The position numbers and the translations under genes were made by a program. 64,000 nt of DNA from Paraspadella gotoi. Lineage: Eukaryota; Animalia; Chaetognatha. Shown one piece after another: positions 1 to 21,250 of the stretch (position 1 is its first letter; every line of letters begins with the position of its first letter). The DNA lies in contig CM119263.1 of assembly GCA_051294375.1 (NCBI GenBank), forward strand, positions 3,373,232 through 3,437,231, written 5' to 3'. The notes under the pieces were generated by a model, which worked only from the letters and a program-made list of their open reading frames with translations, was not told where the DNA came from and ran no database searches.

Positions 1-59
1 CTAATCCAAACAACAAAATTCGCTCCTGATGAGTTCGTAATGATGCATAAAGTCGAACC

Positions 60-852
60 CTTGAGAAGAAGAGGAAGAGGAGGGGAAGAGGAGGGGTAGG
101 AAGAGGAGGAGGAGGAGAAAAAGTGGAAGAAGATGAGGGGAAGATGAGGGGTAGGAAAAGGAGGAGGAGGGGACGGGTAGGAAAAATGGAGGAGAGAAAC
201 AAAGAGGAGAAAGAAGGGGAGGAACGAAAGAAGAACAAGCGAGGAAAGGAAAGAGATCAAGAAAGAAGAAGATGAAGAGGAAAGGAAAGAGATCAAGAAA
301 AAAAAATAAAAAGAGGAAGAGGAAAGGAAAAAAAAAGAAAGAAAAGAGGAAGAGGAAAGGAAAGAGATAAAGAAAGAAGAAGAGGAAGGGGAAAGGAAAG
401 AGATAAAGAAAGAAGAAGAGGAAGAGGAAAGGAAAAAGAAAAAGAAAGAAGAAGAAGAGGAGGAAAAAAAGAAAGAAGAAGAGGAAGAGGAAAGGAAAGA
501 GAAAAAAGAAGAGAAGAAAGAAGAGGGAAGAGGAACGGGAAGAGAAAGAGGAGAAAGGAAAAGTCAAGGTGAGGCTGAAGTCGATGGGTTAAAGGAAGGC
601 GGGGGGGAAGAGGGGGGGAAGAGGGGGGGAAGGGGGGGGAAGAAAGGGGGGGAAGGGGGACGGCGTGAAAGCGTGAGAGAGAGATAATGGAAGTAGAGCG
701 AAAAGATGGGGAGAAGAGGAGAAGAAAAGCGAAGAGTTTTCGTATAGGACCAGGAAGAGAAAATGAAGTGCTTACGATGAATACGCAATACAGTTTGTTA
801 TAGAAAGAAAAGAGAAGAGAGAGAGGAGAGAAGAAGAGGAGCAGAGAGAGCA

Positions 853-883
<31 letters not shown>

Positions 884-885
884 AC
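60..885 (+). repeat. Polypurine low-complexity tract with G-run cluster
   Basis: Almost only A/G; recurring gaagaggaaaggaaagagataaagaaa units; six G5-G8 runs at 601-659. Confidence 0.9.
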
Positions 886-2627
886 CCAAACAAACAAAAA
901 AATAAAACCAAAATCAAACACGAAACAGACGAGACCGAATTCCGTCGTGGTGAACCGTGACGCTTCACATCGCCTCACAAGAAAATAGACCATGGCCAAA
1001 AAGTGATTCCTCCAAGTCTTCGCAGAATCGGAGAGTCACTTAATCGAAACTCAAACTCCTTGCACACTGATCGTTGCACCGTGAAATTTAGTTTTTAACT
1101 CGTTGTCTTGAATCGAAAGCCAGAAATAAACAAAGTTAATTAAAAGTTAAAAGTAAACAACGTTGATTTAATTAAGGTGGGAGAAAGTAAATTAAGGTTT
1201 TTAACGCTTTGAATGAAATAAAGATGACGAGTCTAAACGATTGCCAGAGATCAAAGGAGCATCACTCTTCTCTCACATCGAACTCTCGCATCTCACTAGA
1301 CTTGACCATTGACCATTGACCAATGCCAAATCAACCCAGCTGCTGCTTCCCTGCCGACCTCACTCTTTTCCTTACCCTCCCTTTCAATCCCTCTACTCGT
1401 CCCTTCTCCGTATGTTTTAATAATCGTGTCTCGTCTAGCTTTATCATTATATTCGTTTTTCATACATTCCATGAGTAAATTTCCGAATTTTCCTATTCAA
1501 ATCTACGTTAATTTGTATTTTGACTAGATTTCTGATTCCAGCGCTCCATTAATTAAAATAATAATTTAAAATACTTTTCGATGTATGAATTTTCTTAAAT
1601 TTCTTTTTTTCCACAAATTCGTAGAGAGAAGTTTTTCGCCTTTTCTGATTTTTTTTTCTTATTTCCCACCGTCGGTGAATTGATCGCACCCCGATTTATC
1701 ACACTCCAAATCATCACACCGCATTTACTCACACCCCGAGATGCCCTCCTCTTCTTCGCTACCGCGGGAACGTTAATCCCACCTCAGGGACCCACCCTTT
1801 CCAAGTTCTAATCCACCTGACCCTTACGAGATCATCCGATCGGGTTTCTTTGTTGTCGTTGTTGTTGTCGTTGTTATTTATCAGTTGAGCGGCAAACCGA
1901 AGGAAAACGAGACTCAAGACTATTTGATTGATTTGAGGTCGGGTAAGTCAAAGGTAAAGTTTTACTTTTACATATATGAGTGACATGGTGATGGGCGGAT
2001 TACAATATAGTATTCCCCGTTCTAATACTTTGATAAGGAAGCCATGTATTCTGGGAGTGAATAAACGAGACTGTGAAAGAGTCTTGATTGAAAGCTTGCA
2101 GGGACCTGCTATGTCATTATCTTGTAAGAGTGATGGAGGCCTTAAACCACAAAAGCCTGTACAAAGTCAGCAGCAAGATAGCTTATTTATTAAATGAACC
2201 GATGGCGAATCGATTTTTTTTCGATCGTGAATACCGGAAGTCGAGACCGACAAAGCGATGGTAATCTCGGATAAAAAAGACAACAACAACAACGATAACA
2301 ATAACAATAACATCGACTACCGGGTTTTCCGACAAACGATTGCGGTGTGGGAGGCAGAGGGAGGAAGGGGGGGGGGAGAAGAGAAGGAGTTTGAATGAAA
2401 TATCAGCTTCGATCGGCTACATTGTGGAATGCGCGAATTACGAGACCAAAACGAATAAAAATTCAAATAAAATTCGAAAATTTACGCGAATGCAAATCGA
2501 ATTTTTTCGTTGTTGACCGAAAAACTAAGGGAAAATGTGGAAGAGAGAGAGAGAGAGAAAGAATTCTGATGCATCGCGTGTGGGCGATATGTGAGAGAGA
2601 GAGAGAGAGAGAGAGAAGAGAGAGAGA

Positions 2628-2675
<48 letters not shown>

Positions 2676-3137
2676 CTCGTTTCATTTCTCACCCGGAGAA
2701 AACCTCGCGAAGTCACAGATTTGTGAGAATCTAAAAAATTGATTGTCAGTCCTATACGAAATATTTATTTTCATTTATTGTCATTTATATGTCATTATAA
2801 TTTAATACAATATTATATTAATATATAATTATATTATATCATTATAAAATATATTATTATAATCTATTATTGTTGATTTTGGAATGTGAAACGTGGGGAG
2901 TTAAAGGAAGTGAGAACAAAAGTGAAAAATAAATTTTTCATTGTTAAAACGAAATCATCTTTCAGTCACTTTGTTTTGCTGAAGATGGAGTTGGTAATAA
3001 ATATGACAGGTGTTGGGTGATGAGAGAGAAAAGTAGAGAGAGACAGAGAGAGAGAGAGAAGATAAGATCATAGTTTAGCCAAAGTTGAGTGTAGAAAAAG
3101 GCAGAAAAAAGAAGAAAATTAAGTGGCGTACTGCGCC

Positions 3138-3198
<61 letters not shown>

Positions 3199-3682
3199 TT
3201 TTTTTCTCTCTTTCTTTCTCTCTCAAGAAAGTGAATCAAATAATTTATCAACATTCCAGAAATATGAAAAAAATTAAAAATAATTGTATATATAATAATT
3301 TTTTTTTAAAGACACGCCCACATTGTTTAAGACGCCTTCGACAATGACGATGACGACGACAAAGCCGACAACAACAACAACAACAACAACCACAACAACA
3401 ACTCCGCAGCTCTTCTAAATTTTATTACGATTCCATTCATTCGTGTCTCAACCAACGAAATCGACGAAACGTCGCACAAATTTTGCCATCAATGCCGTCT
3501 TTGCCAGAATCCCTAAAAAGTGATGGTTGCCATAATCCTAAAACTCATTGGCGACGAAAGAGTCTTCATTATCGTTTGGAGAACCTTTGACTTCGTGAGA
3601 GGAGGGCGGATGGGGGTTTCAGCCATTCGCTATTATGGTGGAAAATGCGGTGGTGGTCTTTGCCTTTTTTGACTTTTATGAC

Positions 3683-3911
<229 letters not shown>

Positions 3912-4205
3912 GCAAACAATTCCCCTCCGCATATCGACTCGCCATGGTCTCTGAGGAGGAATTTCTAATTTCCTTTTTCTCAAAATTCTCCCATACAAAA
4001 CTTCGCCATTGTTCAATCTTTTTTAGGGCTTTTTGACTTTTTTAGTTAATTCAAAAATTGTTACTATATCTTGCATCCACAAAATTAAAAATGACTTTTT
4101 AGCGCCAATGAAACAGTCTATTGTCTATTTACAGTGAAGTCAATTGAACAAAGAGAAAATTAAAAGGCGAGAAATCGACTGTCAAATTAGATTTAGAGAC
4201 TGACA

Positions 4206-10722
<6,517 letters not shown>

Positions 10723-10901
10723 AAAGAAAGAAAGAAAGAAAGAAAGAAAAAACTAAAAGAAACAAAAAAAGAAAGAAACAAGAAAAGAACACAAGAAAGA
10801 AACAAAGAGATAACTAGGAAAAGGTCGTGAGGAAAGGAAAATGGTAAAAAAAGAAAAAAAAGGGATTTGATCAATGAAATCAGTGTTGCTCTCCCCCCCC
10901 C

Positions 10902-10991
<90 letters not shown>

Positions 10992-12239
10992 CACTTTTCC
11001 TATCNNNNNNNNNNNNNNNNNNNNNNNNNCCAGACAGCCTTGTCACTATTCCAATCCTTGAGGTTTATTTTCGGTCGCTCTTTCTGATTCCATCGCACAC
11101 AAACAATGTTCTTTCCTAAGCTTTTTTTTTCTTTTGTTCTTTCTAATTTTCCTTTTTTCCCAATTTTTGTATTTCAATGCTGTAGTAAAGCCTCAAGATG
11201 TAGTTAGGATTTAAAATTTCATTTGAATTACACTCATACATTTCTTTTACTAATTGAATAGGGTGGACGCTAAAATTTCTTCTCTTTTGGACACAATAGA
11301 ATATGAAATAAAAGGTGTGCCAAAAATCCTTCAAGAGAGGGTAGCACGGCCAGTGATCAACATATTTGGATGGCGATTGTTCCTAACATCATTTTTTAAG
11401 CCATCACATATTATCCTAGATGTAAATTGAAATCCTAGTATGTTTTGCTATTTGACACACCCGAGGGCTGCAGTATTCTTCGGGTTTATTATTTATATTT
11501 TTATCTACTTTATGAACTAAAGAAAAAAAAATAGTTTCAAACTACATAGTAAAGGTAAAGGGAGCTGTATGCTATATCCGAAAACCGTGATCTTAAATCT
11601 AATTGGCATATTAGAATAGTAAGTATAATCAGTTCTGAAAAAAAAGTTGTGAAATGACGAATTTGTTAAATTTGGCTAATTTTGTAAAAAAAAGTTTGTT
11701 ATCTAATTAATTATAATAAGTCTAGAGGCGAAGCGAATAAAGAGCAAGACATTATCTTCGTCGTCGTCCTGGTTGATCGGTGATCCGAGATTTTCCATCA
11801 CGGCTAACTATGAAGAAAAAAAGTTTAAATTAAAAGTATATGTCATACACTACGTTTTATAATGACGTTTTATGAGAAATAAAACCTTGAATGTTTACGC
11901 ATTAAACACTTTTAACGTTTTTATAATTTTTTAGTTTATTTGTTTTTGTTTTCATGTTTTTCGTTTATGTTTTATATTTTTTGTTTCTGTTTTTGTTTTC
12001 ATAATTTTTTTTGTTTTTACGCATTATCTTTGAACGTTTTATTAATGTTGCATTATTTTTGAACGTTTCCTTTTTATACTTGATGTTTTTATGGTTTATT
12101 AAAAAAAATTGAATTTAGAACGTTCTTGAACGTTATATTTTATAGTTTCTTATGAATTAGTTCATAACATTTTTAGTTCATTTAAACGTTAGTGTCTTTT
12201 GTTTTTGTTGAATTTTAATAGTTTAGTTTTTACTAGCAT

Positions 12240-12415
12240 TTTATTAGATTTTATTCTGAGAATAAAATAGTGACGGTGAGACACGCGCAGGAGTCCAGAT
12301 AATTCTAACTGAAACTAAGGAAGCTAGGTCTATTTATATACTAGAGAAAGAGGATCAGAAGGCAAGGGGTATATTTACAATTCCAATTGTTCTTCTGCCA
12401 AGCTGATTGGTCGAT
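12240..12415 (-). promoter_or_regulatory. LTR-like core promoter: CCAAT - TATA - Inr - AATAAA
   Basis: Minus strand: CCAAT at 12410-12406, TATATAAATA at 12340-12331, TCAGTT initiator with its A at 12310 (30 nt from TATA), AATAAA at 12255 and 12245. Confidence 0.5.
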
Positions 12416-13149
12416 TCCGATTCCGCTCACCACCAATCATGATTCCAAAATTCGTGGATTCAAACGTGCCTTTGATCCAATTTGCTTTTGGTTGGGCTTG
12501 ATCTCCTGCGATGCTAGGTTTACGCGTTTTTTAGAAAGAAAAATCGAAACTGAATTCCATTGAGAAATCGTCCTTGACTTAGTTTAGTTTAGTTTAAAAA
12601 ATAAAAACTCCAAAAAAAAAAAAACAAACAAGATTAATTACGGGCGACGCTTTTCCATGGGGGGGGAGGCCTGAACCGGGGGGCGGGGGGGGGAGGCGTA
12701 GAAATGGGGGGAAGTTTGAATAATGAAAATAAAATCGGAAAAAAAATTGACGCTTCGATCGTAAAATTAATGAATCTTCTCTGCGGGAAATTCCACTCAG
12801 GAATTTTAATTTACTCTTTTTTTCCTTTTTTTTCGGCCCAACGAATTCTTTCTCTTCTTATTTTTGTTGTCACACAAACTTAAAGATAAAAAAAAAGAAA
12901 ACTCACGATTCTTCGAAATCGGAAACCGGAATTTTTTGGGGGGTAAAAAAAAAAGAAAAAAAGAAAAAGTAGAATAAGAAAGCTGAGAAAAAGGGCGGCG
13001 CGGCCTCGAGAAAGTGGGGGGCGGGGTGGAGGGGGCGTTGAGGAGTGTGTATCGACTTTCTAACGACGGAAAAGGCAATTTGTAGGGGTTACGTTTCACA
13101 GTAGCGTCGAGTTTACGTTGAGTGTGATTGTAACTCGTATATTACGGAA

Positions 13150-14280
13150 GAAGAGAGAGAGAGAGAGAGAATTTGAATTTTGAATTTGATTTATTCAATG
13201 GGGCTTTAGGCACAAAATAAAACAATAGGCCATAAAAAGCTACTTTATTACATTAAGTCTACGAATTTAGGCATTCATCATGAAATCTTTCCAATTTACA
13301 ATTTATGCATGTATTTTCCCTTTGTAAATAATCCCATCCAACAGCGTTTCGATAGGTGAAATGTTTGTCTGAATAGTATTAGAATTAATATGATTAATAG
13401 CATCGTCAAATAGGTGATTTCCTCGATAATTCTTTTCAATCTCCGTACAGCAAAGTTTTTAACATAGTCAGATAATGGTATTTGGCCTGCGCATCTAATG
13501 TGCAGCAGTAGGAGTATGACTAGGTAAATTTTGAAAAATACGAATGGCTTCTTAATTGTAAGCGATCAAATTTCATCCAGTGATAATTACCAAGCAGACA
13601 GCAAACAAGGAGATGAGTATAAAAATAGAAAACTATAAAGACTTTGAAATAGTTGATAACTAAACGATAATTATTCCAGAGTTACAAAACGCGAAAGTCT
13701 ATTGATTGCAAAATTTTACATTTTGCTTTTTTAAAAAAATCATTAACATGAAATGCCAAGTAAGTTTTTTATCAATTATACACCCTAAAAACTTTACGTT
13801 GTCACACATTGGAATTTTTCTAACCAAATAATGTTAAAATTAACGCAAAAGTTAAAAAGATTAAAACTTCGTGTAATAACTATACAGTTAGATTTATCTG
13901 GACAAAGATCTAAAAACCACATTTCGCACCATCTTTCAAGTTTATGAATGTCCGTTGGAGAGCCTTTTCTGCTATATGCGGATCTTTAGATGAAGCCCAC
14001 AAGCTTGAGTCGTCTGCATATTGTGCAGCACTCTCAAAAACATCAAGACACCACCTTGAAATGCAGGTTGATCGAGAGGTAAATTTGGATCTGGATCTTG
14101 ATCTTGATTATGATCGGGATTAAACGTGAGATTGAGATGATTGTGTAATGCTTAATGGCCTTGGGCAAGAAAATGGGTAGGTCACCGACGTAAAGAGCAA
14201 ATAATTCAGGACTGAAACCGCTCCTTGTGGAGATCCACACAGAATCATAACTCTCCGTGATTGCTCAACCTCGACTGACG
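13150..14280 (-). mobile_element. Decayed 5'-truncated non-LTR retrotransposon (LINE) RT fragment
   Basis: Frameshifted motifs CGSPQGAV.SPELFALYVGDLP, AAQYADDSSLW (~14008-14030), WFLDLCPDKS and VKFLGCIIDKKLTW; 3' end AATAAA followed by a (TCAAAT)-like tail at ~13150-13195. Confidence 0.85.
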
Positions 14281-14559
14281 ACGCAGAAGCTTCTATTAGT
14301 TAGAAAGGAGTTAAGAAGACGAATCATATCTTAGATATTCCAGACCTATATTAGGAGAGGAAGGAGAAGAGGACAGGAGAGGAGGAGGAGAGAAGAGAGA
14401 GAGAGATCCGAGAAGGATGCAAGGGAAAGGCGAGGCGGGTGGGCTCGCGGAGACGACGCTGAGAGACGAGCCTGGTAGCAGGCAGGCATAACGTAAATAA
14501 GATAACAATTTTTCACCAAGTTTTGAAGTCTTTTCAGCAGCGAACAATGGAATTTTAGA

Positions 14560-14792
14560 CTCCTGATTGAAAGAGGCCGATTGAATGGCTGGATCAGTCA
14601 GACTGATTGACAGAGGCCGATTGAATGGCTGGATCAGTCAGACTGATTGACTGGATGATCGGTGGCTCGATGGTCGATACATTAGCTTTACAAGTGATTG
14701 GCTGACTGATTAGGAGGCTGATTTATTGGCCAATAGATTGGCCAATAGATTGAATGACGCCGACTGATTGGCCTATAGATTAGCGGACTGAT
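14560..14792 (+). repeat. 40-bp tandem duplication followed by a GATTGG/CCAAT-rich degenerate repeat
   Basis: gattga.agaggccgattgaatggctggatcagtcagact twice, then repeated ctgattgg and attggccaatag. Confidence 0.75.
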
Positions 14793-16749
14793 TCATCTCG
14801 AAATCCAATTTTTTCGTCGGAAAGAAAATTTCTTTGGTCGCAAATTCGATTTTCTTTTTTTTCTTCTCAGCGGCGATAATTTTCGTCGCCTCTTGATCTC
14901 TGCCTCTTCCAGGGTTACGATCTCTTCAGGAGGGGGATTATCCCCACCTCGATCACCCCCTTCCCTCCTTGGGGGATTTAATCCCTTCGAGTGGACGGGG
15001 ATCGCTTTACTCAAAAAGGTCTCTCGTCTTTCTGTCCCTCTTCGGGGTGACGCTTACGGGGCCGAGACTCGCTACCAAAACAAAAAAAAAATCGAAACGA
15101 GGAAATGGAAGGAAAACAGAAGAAAACAGAAAGGAAATGGAAAGAAAACAGGAGAAAACAGAAGAGGAAACGGAAGAAAGCAGCTTTTGAATCTTGCCAT
15201 TCGTTCTNNNNNNNNNNNNNNNNNNNNNNNNNGATTAAACGATCGAACGACAGATTTCAATTCTTTTCTCGATGCTATTTTATCCGTTTTTAATTTTCGC
15301 TTTTTTTTATTTCCCTTTTTTCTTCTTTTTTTTTTTTTATTCATTTTTTTTTATAATTTAACGAGTTTGTTAGGTTTTAATCCGACTACTTGAACTTTTA
15401 CGGCACGATTACGAGGCTTCATATTTGTTCTCTTTTTTGTGAGTGTGAACGTGAAAGGGATGAAAAGTTATGTGTTCTTCTTTTTTTGATTCTTTTTTTT
15501 TATTTAAGCTTTTTTGATGCTTCTTATTTATGGCCCCTTTTTAACTTTTTTTTCTCCGTAGATTTTCATTATTTTTTTTTACGAAAAACTTTTTTAAAAG
15601 GACGGTCCTGTTTTTGATCGTCGACGTAAAATTTTTACGCGTTTTTTTTTTTTTTTTTTGTATTTTTAAATTTATTTATAATTTTCTCATCGAATGAGGA
15701 TTTAAACAACGAAATGGATTCGTTCTGTTTATGTTTTCAGGCGATAATAAGTATTTTTGAGTCGAATAGTTGATATCGTTTTGAGCCGAAAAAATATAGT
15801 TTGGATTTGGATTCAAAAATTAAGATTTTGCTTCGTTTCCTTCTTTGGAATTCTTCTTTTTTAAAAATTTGTTTCAAACTTCAGTATTAACATAATTATT
15901 GGCCACGATGGTATAGACTAATGATATTTGTTTTCAATCTATGATACTAAAAGGATAAATAATCTGCTGTTGTTGTTTTTTAAAATATAATTTTCAGTGG
16001 TCCACGCAATACAATTACTTGAGAATTTTAGGGCCAAAAATCGTGACATCGGATTTGGTGAATTCGTCTTCACGGTGAAAAAGAGAAAAATTGACTTTTG
16101 TTTTGATGCAAAAAATTGAAGATAAAGAATAAAGATGAAAAGAGGGAATTTGAAAAGTGGGGCGAAATAAGAAAAAGGGAAAGGGTAAGGAAATGTTTAA
16201 AAGGTAAGTCATCGAGAAGGAATATATTTCGCAAATCTTTGAAGCAAAATAAGAAGAAAGAAAAGAAAAGAAGAAAGAAAAGAAAGAAAAGAAAAGAAAA
16301 GAAAAAAAAAAGAAAGGAAAAGATATGAAGAGAAAAAAGAAATAAGAAAGAAAGAAAGAAAAGAAAAGAAAATTAAAAGAAGAAAGCAAATTAGAAAAAT
16401 GTATGATAGAATTGATAGAAATTGATAGTATATTGATATAGAAATTAAATAATTTAAAGGCGGTAGCACAGCAATAACTGTTACTGGCGAAGCATCCTGA
16501 AAAAAAAAAGCAGAAAAAATAAATGCTGCAGATCGATGCGATATGAAGTGGTATGTTTGCAGCATTAGGGGGCATCGTTGGGTGATCATCCGTAAACCGT
16601 TGGAGGCCAACAAACGATGAGCAGATGGAGCATTGTAACCCGCAAATTCGATCCGCAACACCAAATTGTTTCAAATTTCTTTCCGAGAGGGCAGTCCAAA
16701 GGTCAGATGAGAGAGAGAGAGAGAGAGAGAGAGAGGAGGGAAGAGATAG

Positions 16750-16799
<50 letters not shown>

Positions 16800-19591
16800 A
16801 AGAAGGAGAGAGAGGAGGGAAAAGGAGGAAAGTTTAGGGAAAGGGAAGGCGAAAAAAGAAAAGTGGAGAGAGAGGCGAGGAAGGGAGAGAGAGGGAAAGA
16901 TGGAGAGAGAAGGAGAAGGGAGAGGAGGAGAGAGGGGAGAAAGAGGAGGGAGAGAGGAGAGAAGGAGAGACGGGGGAGAAGAGAAAGAATGGGGAAAGCG
17001 GAGAGGGTAGAGATGAAGAAGGAGAAAAGAGAGAGAGAGGAAAGGAAGAGAGAGAAGAAAGGGAAGAAAGGAAAAAAAGAGAAGGAGAAGAGAGAAAGTG
17101 GACAGTGAGGAGAGGAGAGAAAGAGGTTGAGAATAATTTCACACCCCGCAACGTACATTGTTCTCATAAAGTTTCGCCTCTGACGGTGAAGGTGATGATT
17201 TTGTTGTTGTGTTGTTGTTGTTGTTGTTGTTGCGGTGGTGAAAGACGAAGAACCGTGATTCTGTGAATCGTCAATTGAGGATCGAAGGGTGAAACTCGTC
17301 AAACGGAAGCCTCACTCACGATTCACTCGTTCAAGATCGAACTTGTGAAAAAAAAAACACAAGATAAAAAATTAATGTGAGAGGCGATAAAAGAGAAAAA
17401 AAAAGAGAGAAGGGTCTGTGAAAAAGAAAAAGTTTGAGTGTAAAAATGTACTGTGAGTTATCCTTGAGAATAAAAAATAAAATGGCGACTGTTAAAAGTA
17501 ATTGATTTTGGCGTGAGAAGATGACTTACAGACGAGAGTAGTCAAACCAACTCTAGAAAAAAGAGGCCCCATAATATTTTTAAAAATTTTAAAAAAATAA
17601 AATAAAAAGTTAAAAAGTTGAACTAGAAACAAAGAAAACAATTTTGTAATGAGACTTTAAAGAGTAGATTAAAATGATAAAATTACGCCTGTGAAATACT
17701 AAGACATTTATCGTTAAATGATAATTTAAAATGAATGTTAGTCTGAAGTTAAAATAAAAAATCAATCGAAATGGAAAAAAGATCGGTGGAGAACGACGAC
17801 GGACGACGGACGACGACGATGACGACGACGAACGACGAACGAACGACGAGGGCGACGGGACGACGCGACGACGACGGGGACGACGTCGACGATGCTCTTT
17901 TCTGGAAAAAAAATCGATTTTTCCGGTGAAGAAGATCGAATTCACGTTGAAAGAGGGAGGAGGAGAAAGTTGTGAAGTGGCGTGAATCGACGGGCGAGTG
18001 GCTTGAAAAGGGATCCTTGGATGGCGTGAATGATCTTTGATTGACGCGGCGAGACCATTTTGGAATCGGGGTAAAGTGACGCAAATTGGCCGGCTGAGAG
18101 AGAGAAGAGAGAGAAAAATGAATTGTTCGATGTGTTTTGTTCATATACAAATCAAAAAAATACCATTTTTGAAAAATTCTAAATAAAATTCTGACAAATT
18201 TTTGTAGATATTCGAACGAAAATTCCGGTTTTTACCATACCGAAAACATTTGAAAGGAAAAAAAACTTTGTTTGGCGAGGAGACATTGCGGTAATTTGGG
18301 GATGAAAGAGAGGAGGAGAGGAGAAGGAGGAGGAGGAGGAGGAGGAGGAAAGGGGACGGGGCGACCGTGTGAGATGAAGAGAGTTTTGCGTTTGAGAATT
18401 TATGAATGAGATTTACTAGAAATTCCCAAAAATGTTTTATGAGGAGAAATTTGAAAAAAAATAAAAGATCAAAGAAAATAAGAGAAAAGAAAGAAAATAG
18501 AGAAAAGAAAATAAAAAAAGAGAAGAAAAAGAAAGAAAGAAAGAAAAGAAAAGAGAAGAAAAAGAGAAAGAAAAGGTAAGGTATACTTCAAATCCCTTTT
18601 TCTGTTTGTACTAAAAGAATAAAATGAAAAAAAAGCAAAAATTGTGAAAAAACATTTGTAAGTAAAAAAGTAAAAAAAGTGATTTCCTTCCCAGCAACCG
18701 GAACTCTTCCCCCCCATGCCCCAACCCCTCTCCCACTCACACCTTTCTCCTTCTCTTTCCCCACTCCCCTTTCTTCTCCACTACCCCTTTCCCCACACCT
18801 CGGAGTCTTATTCATCCTTTCCTTTCCAACCCACAACTCACCCACTCAAATCTTCACATCCGTAAACATCCGTGAATCTACGTCCCCACCTCTCATGCGG
18901 ATATATTTTCTTTTGTTTTGTTTTTGTTTTTTTGTTTTTTTTTTTTCTCTCTTTTTGTTTTTTTTCTTTAGTTCTTTCTTCTTTGTCTTTCGAGGTCACT
19001 TCTGTTTTTTGATCTTCTTCGAGTTACTTTGACTTTTTTTAAGACAAAAAACAGTGTTTTTTTTTTTCAAAACCCAAAAAATCAAAGTATGAAAGTTAAA
19101 AAAAATTACCGTGTTTTGCCATAAATGTTTAAAAATGATTTGTTTTCATTTTGATGATTGTAATAGTTTATAATTTTAGTAAATTAAACAGATGATAAAA
19201 ATGAAAAGATTGAAGAATTGAAAGAATCTCACGTTCACACATACTCACAATGAATGTGAGAGTGGTTCTCGCTGGTGGTTATCTCCGTAATTACAATAGG
19301 GAGTCAGGCTGTAAACAATCAGGGGGCCAGGGAATTGGTCGATTTGGTTCGTCGGTGCTCACGTCCGGTCGGTCGACGTGAAAGGTCGTGACCTTCGATC
19401 GTCAAAAGCGTCGGTTTTCGTGAATAACGAAATTCGTCTATTGCGAAAGTTCCGTGAATAACAAAAATAATCACTTTTTTAAATTTTTTTTTTTCGTCGG
19501 TGAGAAAAACCGAATTTTTTAAGAAAAATTCGTGTCTCCGTTCGACCTGATTTCGTCTCGACCCGAGAGAGAGTGAGAGAGAGAGAAGAGA

Positions 19592-19665
<74 letters not shown>

Positions 19666-20239
19666 AGAGAGAGAAAGAGATGACTGGTGATCACGTGTGA
19701 TGAGAGGTGATTAGATGTGATCGTGGGTGATCCAGTGACTTCGCTGTCGCCCTCTCGTTTTTCATTCGAGGAGTCGCGCTGAGCTATCGAGGTCGTTGTC
19801 GTCGTCGTCCGTCGTGGTTTTTTGGGCGTTGACTTTGGCGTCCGTCGTCGTGAGCGTCTTCGTTGTCGTCGACGAGTGGTTGGCGTCATTCTCATCGTCG
19901 TCGATATCATTGCGTCACCTTTAGTGTTGGACATAAACTCTCGTCGTGATCCGTTTTTTGAAAAGAACCTGTTCGGGTCGGTTAATTGGTTTCCTTTTTC
20001 AATTTATTATCGCTTTTCTTTTAAGATTCAATGTAAAACTTTCTGACACGTAAGAATCATAATCGGTACAATAGCCTTCTATTATTATATAGTAACATCG
20101 CGTCGTTTCTTCCTTCCGCTAAAACTGGATATTTTTTTTTTCTAAAAGCAAATTTCTTCCATCGTCAAAACATCGTCATTCGTCGAAAAATATTCGTGGC
20201 CCCAAAAATTAGGCTAAGACGCAAAGTCAATTATGTGTT

Positions 20240-21250
20240 TTGATTCGTTTACACAACAATAGTTGAAACAGTACATTCAAAAGGGCATACAGCATTACAG
20301 ATAAACGCATAAATTGTACAGTTTACAATTCAACAAAATATAAATATTTAAATTAACAGAACGAAAAAAAAAGAAAAAAAAATCAACATAAGAAGCTGAC
20401 AAGATTTTTAGATATTGTTTTTAGAGGAAAAAAGCTTGGATTCAAAGTTTTTTGATCTACAAGCAAAAATTTTATAGATATCATTATATCCAAATGAGGA
20501 CCGTTAATGATCGTACACTCTCCCATCTTTCCAACCAAAAATTTTTCTAATGCCATCATTTATTGCTACATTTACTTTGGTCATATCTTTTGCAAGATAC
20601 TCTTTCACTTCACTTTCCGTACGAAAGTATTGTGACACAATTGGTGTAGTACAAACGCATTAAAACTTCTTCTGAGGGTTATATAAGGAATTAAGGAACA
20701 ATTGCTAGCGCGGTAGAAAGAGGATAACTCAGATAATGGTCAAAGACAAATGCTTTTCATTACTAAGATTAAAACCGAGATATTTCCATCGGTCTACGAA
20801 TTCAATGATATTTCCTCCTTTAATTAGTAAAGAATTTTCTGTTGATACAATACTTTTGTTTGCCAAAATACATTGTTTTTGTTTCTTAAAATTAAAACTA
20901 AAAGCATTGCTACTACTATAGTTAGCACATATATCAATCATTTTTTTCATACCAGAAATTGTTGGAGATAACAAAAGCTATATCGTCAGCGTAAAAAATG
21001 CATAGCAGCAAATAAATGATCTATATGGCAACCAAAACCAGATTTTCGTAATTGAATTATCAAGTCATCAACATAAACTGCCCACAGATAGGGACTAAAA
21101 TACCACCCCATGACGAACCACAGAACAATAGAAGAAATAATCTGAAAAGATGTCAGACCATCTACACCTACTGCGGAGATTATGGTACCAGTAAGTAATA
21201 AGTCGTAAAAACATAAGGGAAATTTTCTCTTTATGAGTTTTTAAGAAATA
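20240..21250 (-). mobile_element. Decayed non-LTR retrotransposon RT fragment (second family; possibly RTEX/L2-like)
   Basis: Motifs V.R.G..LSPYLWAVYVDDLIIQLRKSGFGCHI, FYADDIA.LSPTISGMKKMIDICANY and EFVDRWKYLGFNL with several frameshifts. Confidence 0.85.

Noticed and set aside
1920-2195. Possible LINE 3' remnant (also 11130-11500 and 53480-53800)
   Set aside because: Composition and tails are suggestive, but no diagnostic RT motif could be read; too weak to call.
19479-19934. MSNTKGDAM... Arg/Thr-rich ORF (and copy at 21653)
   Set aside because: Composed of ACG and CT repeats; the frame differs between the two copies.
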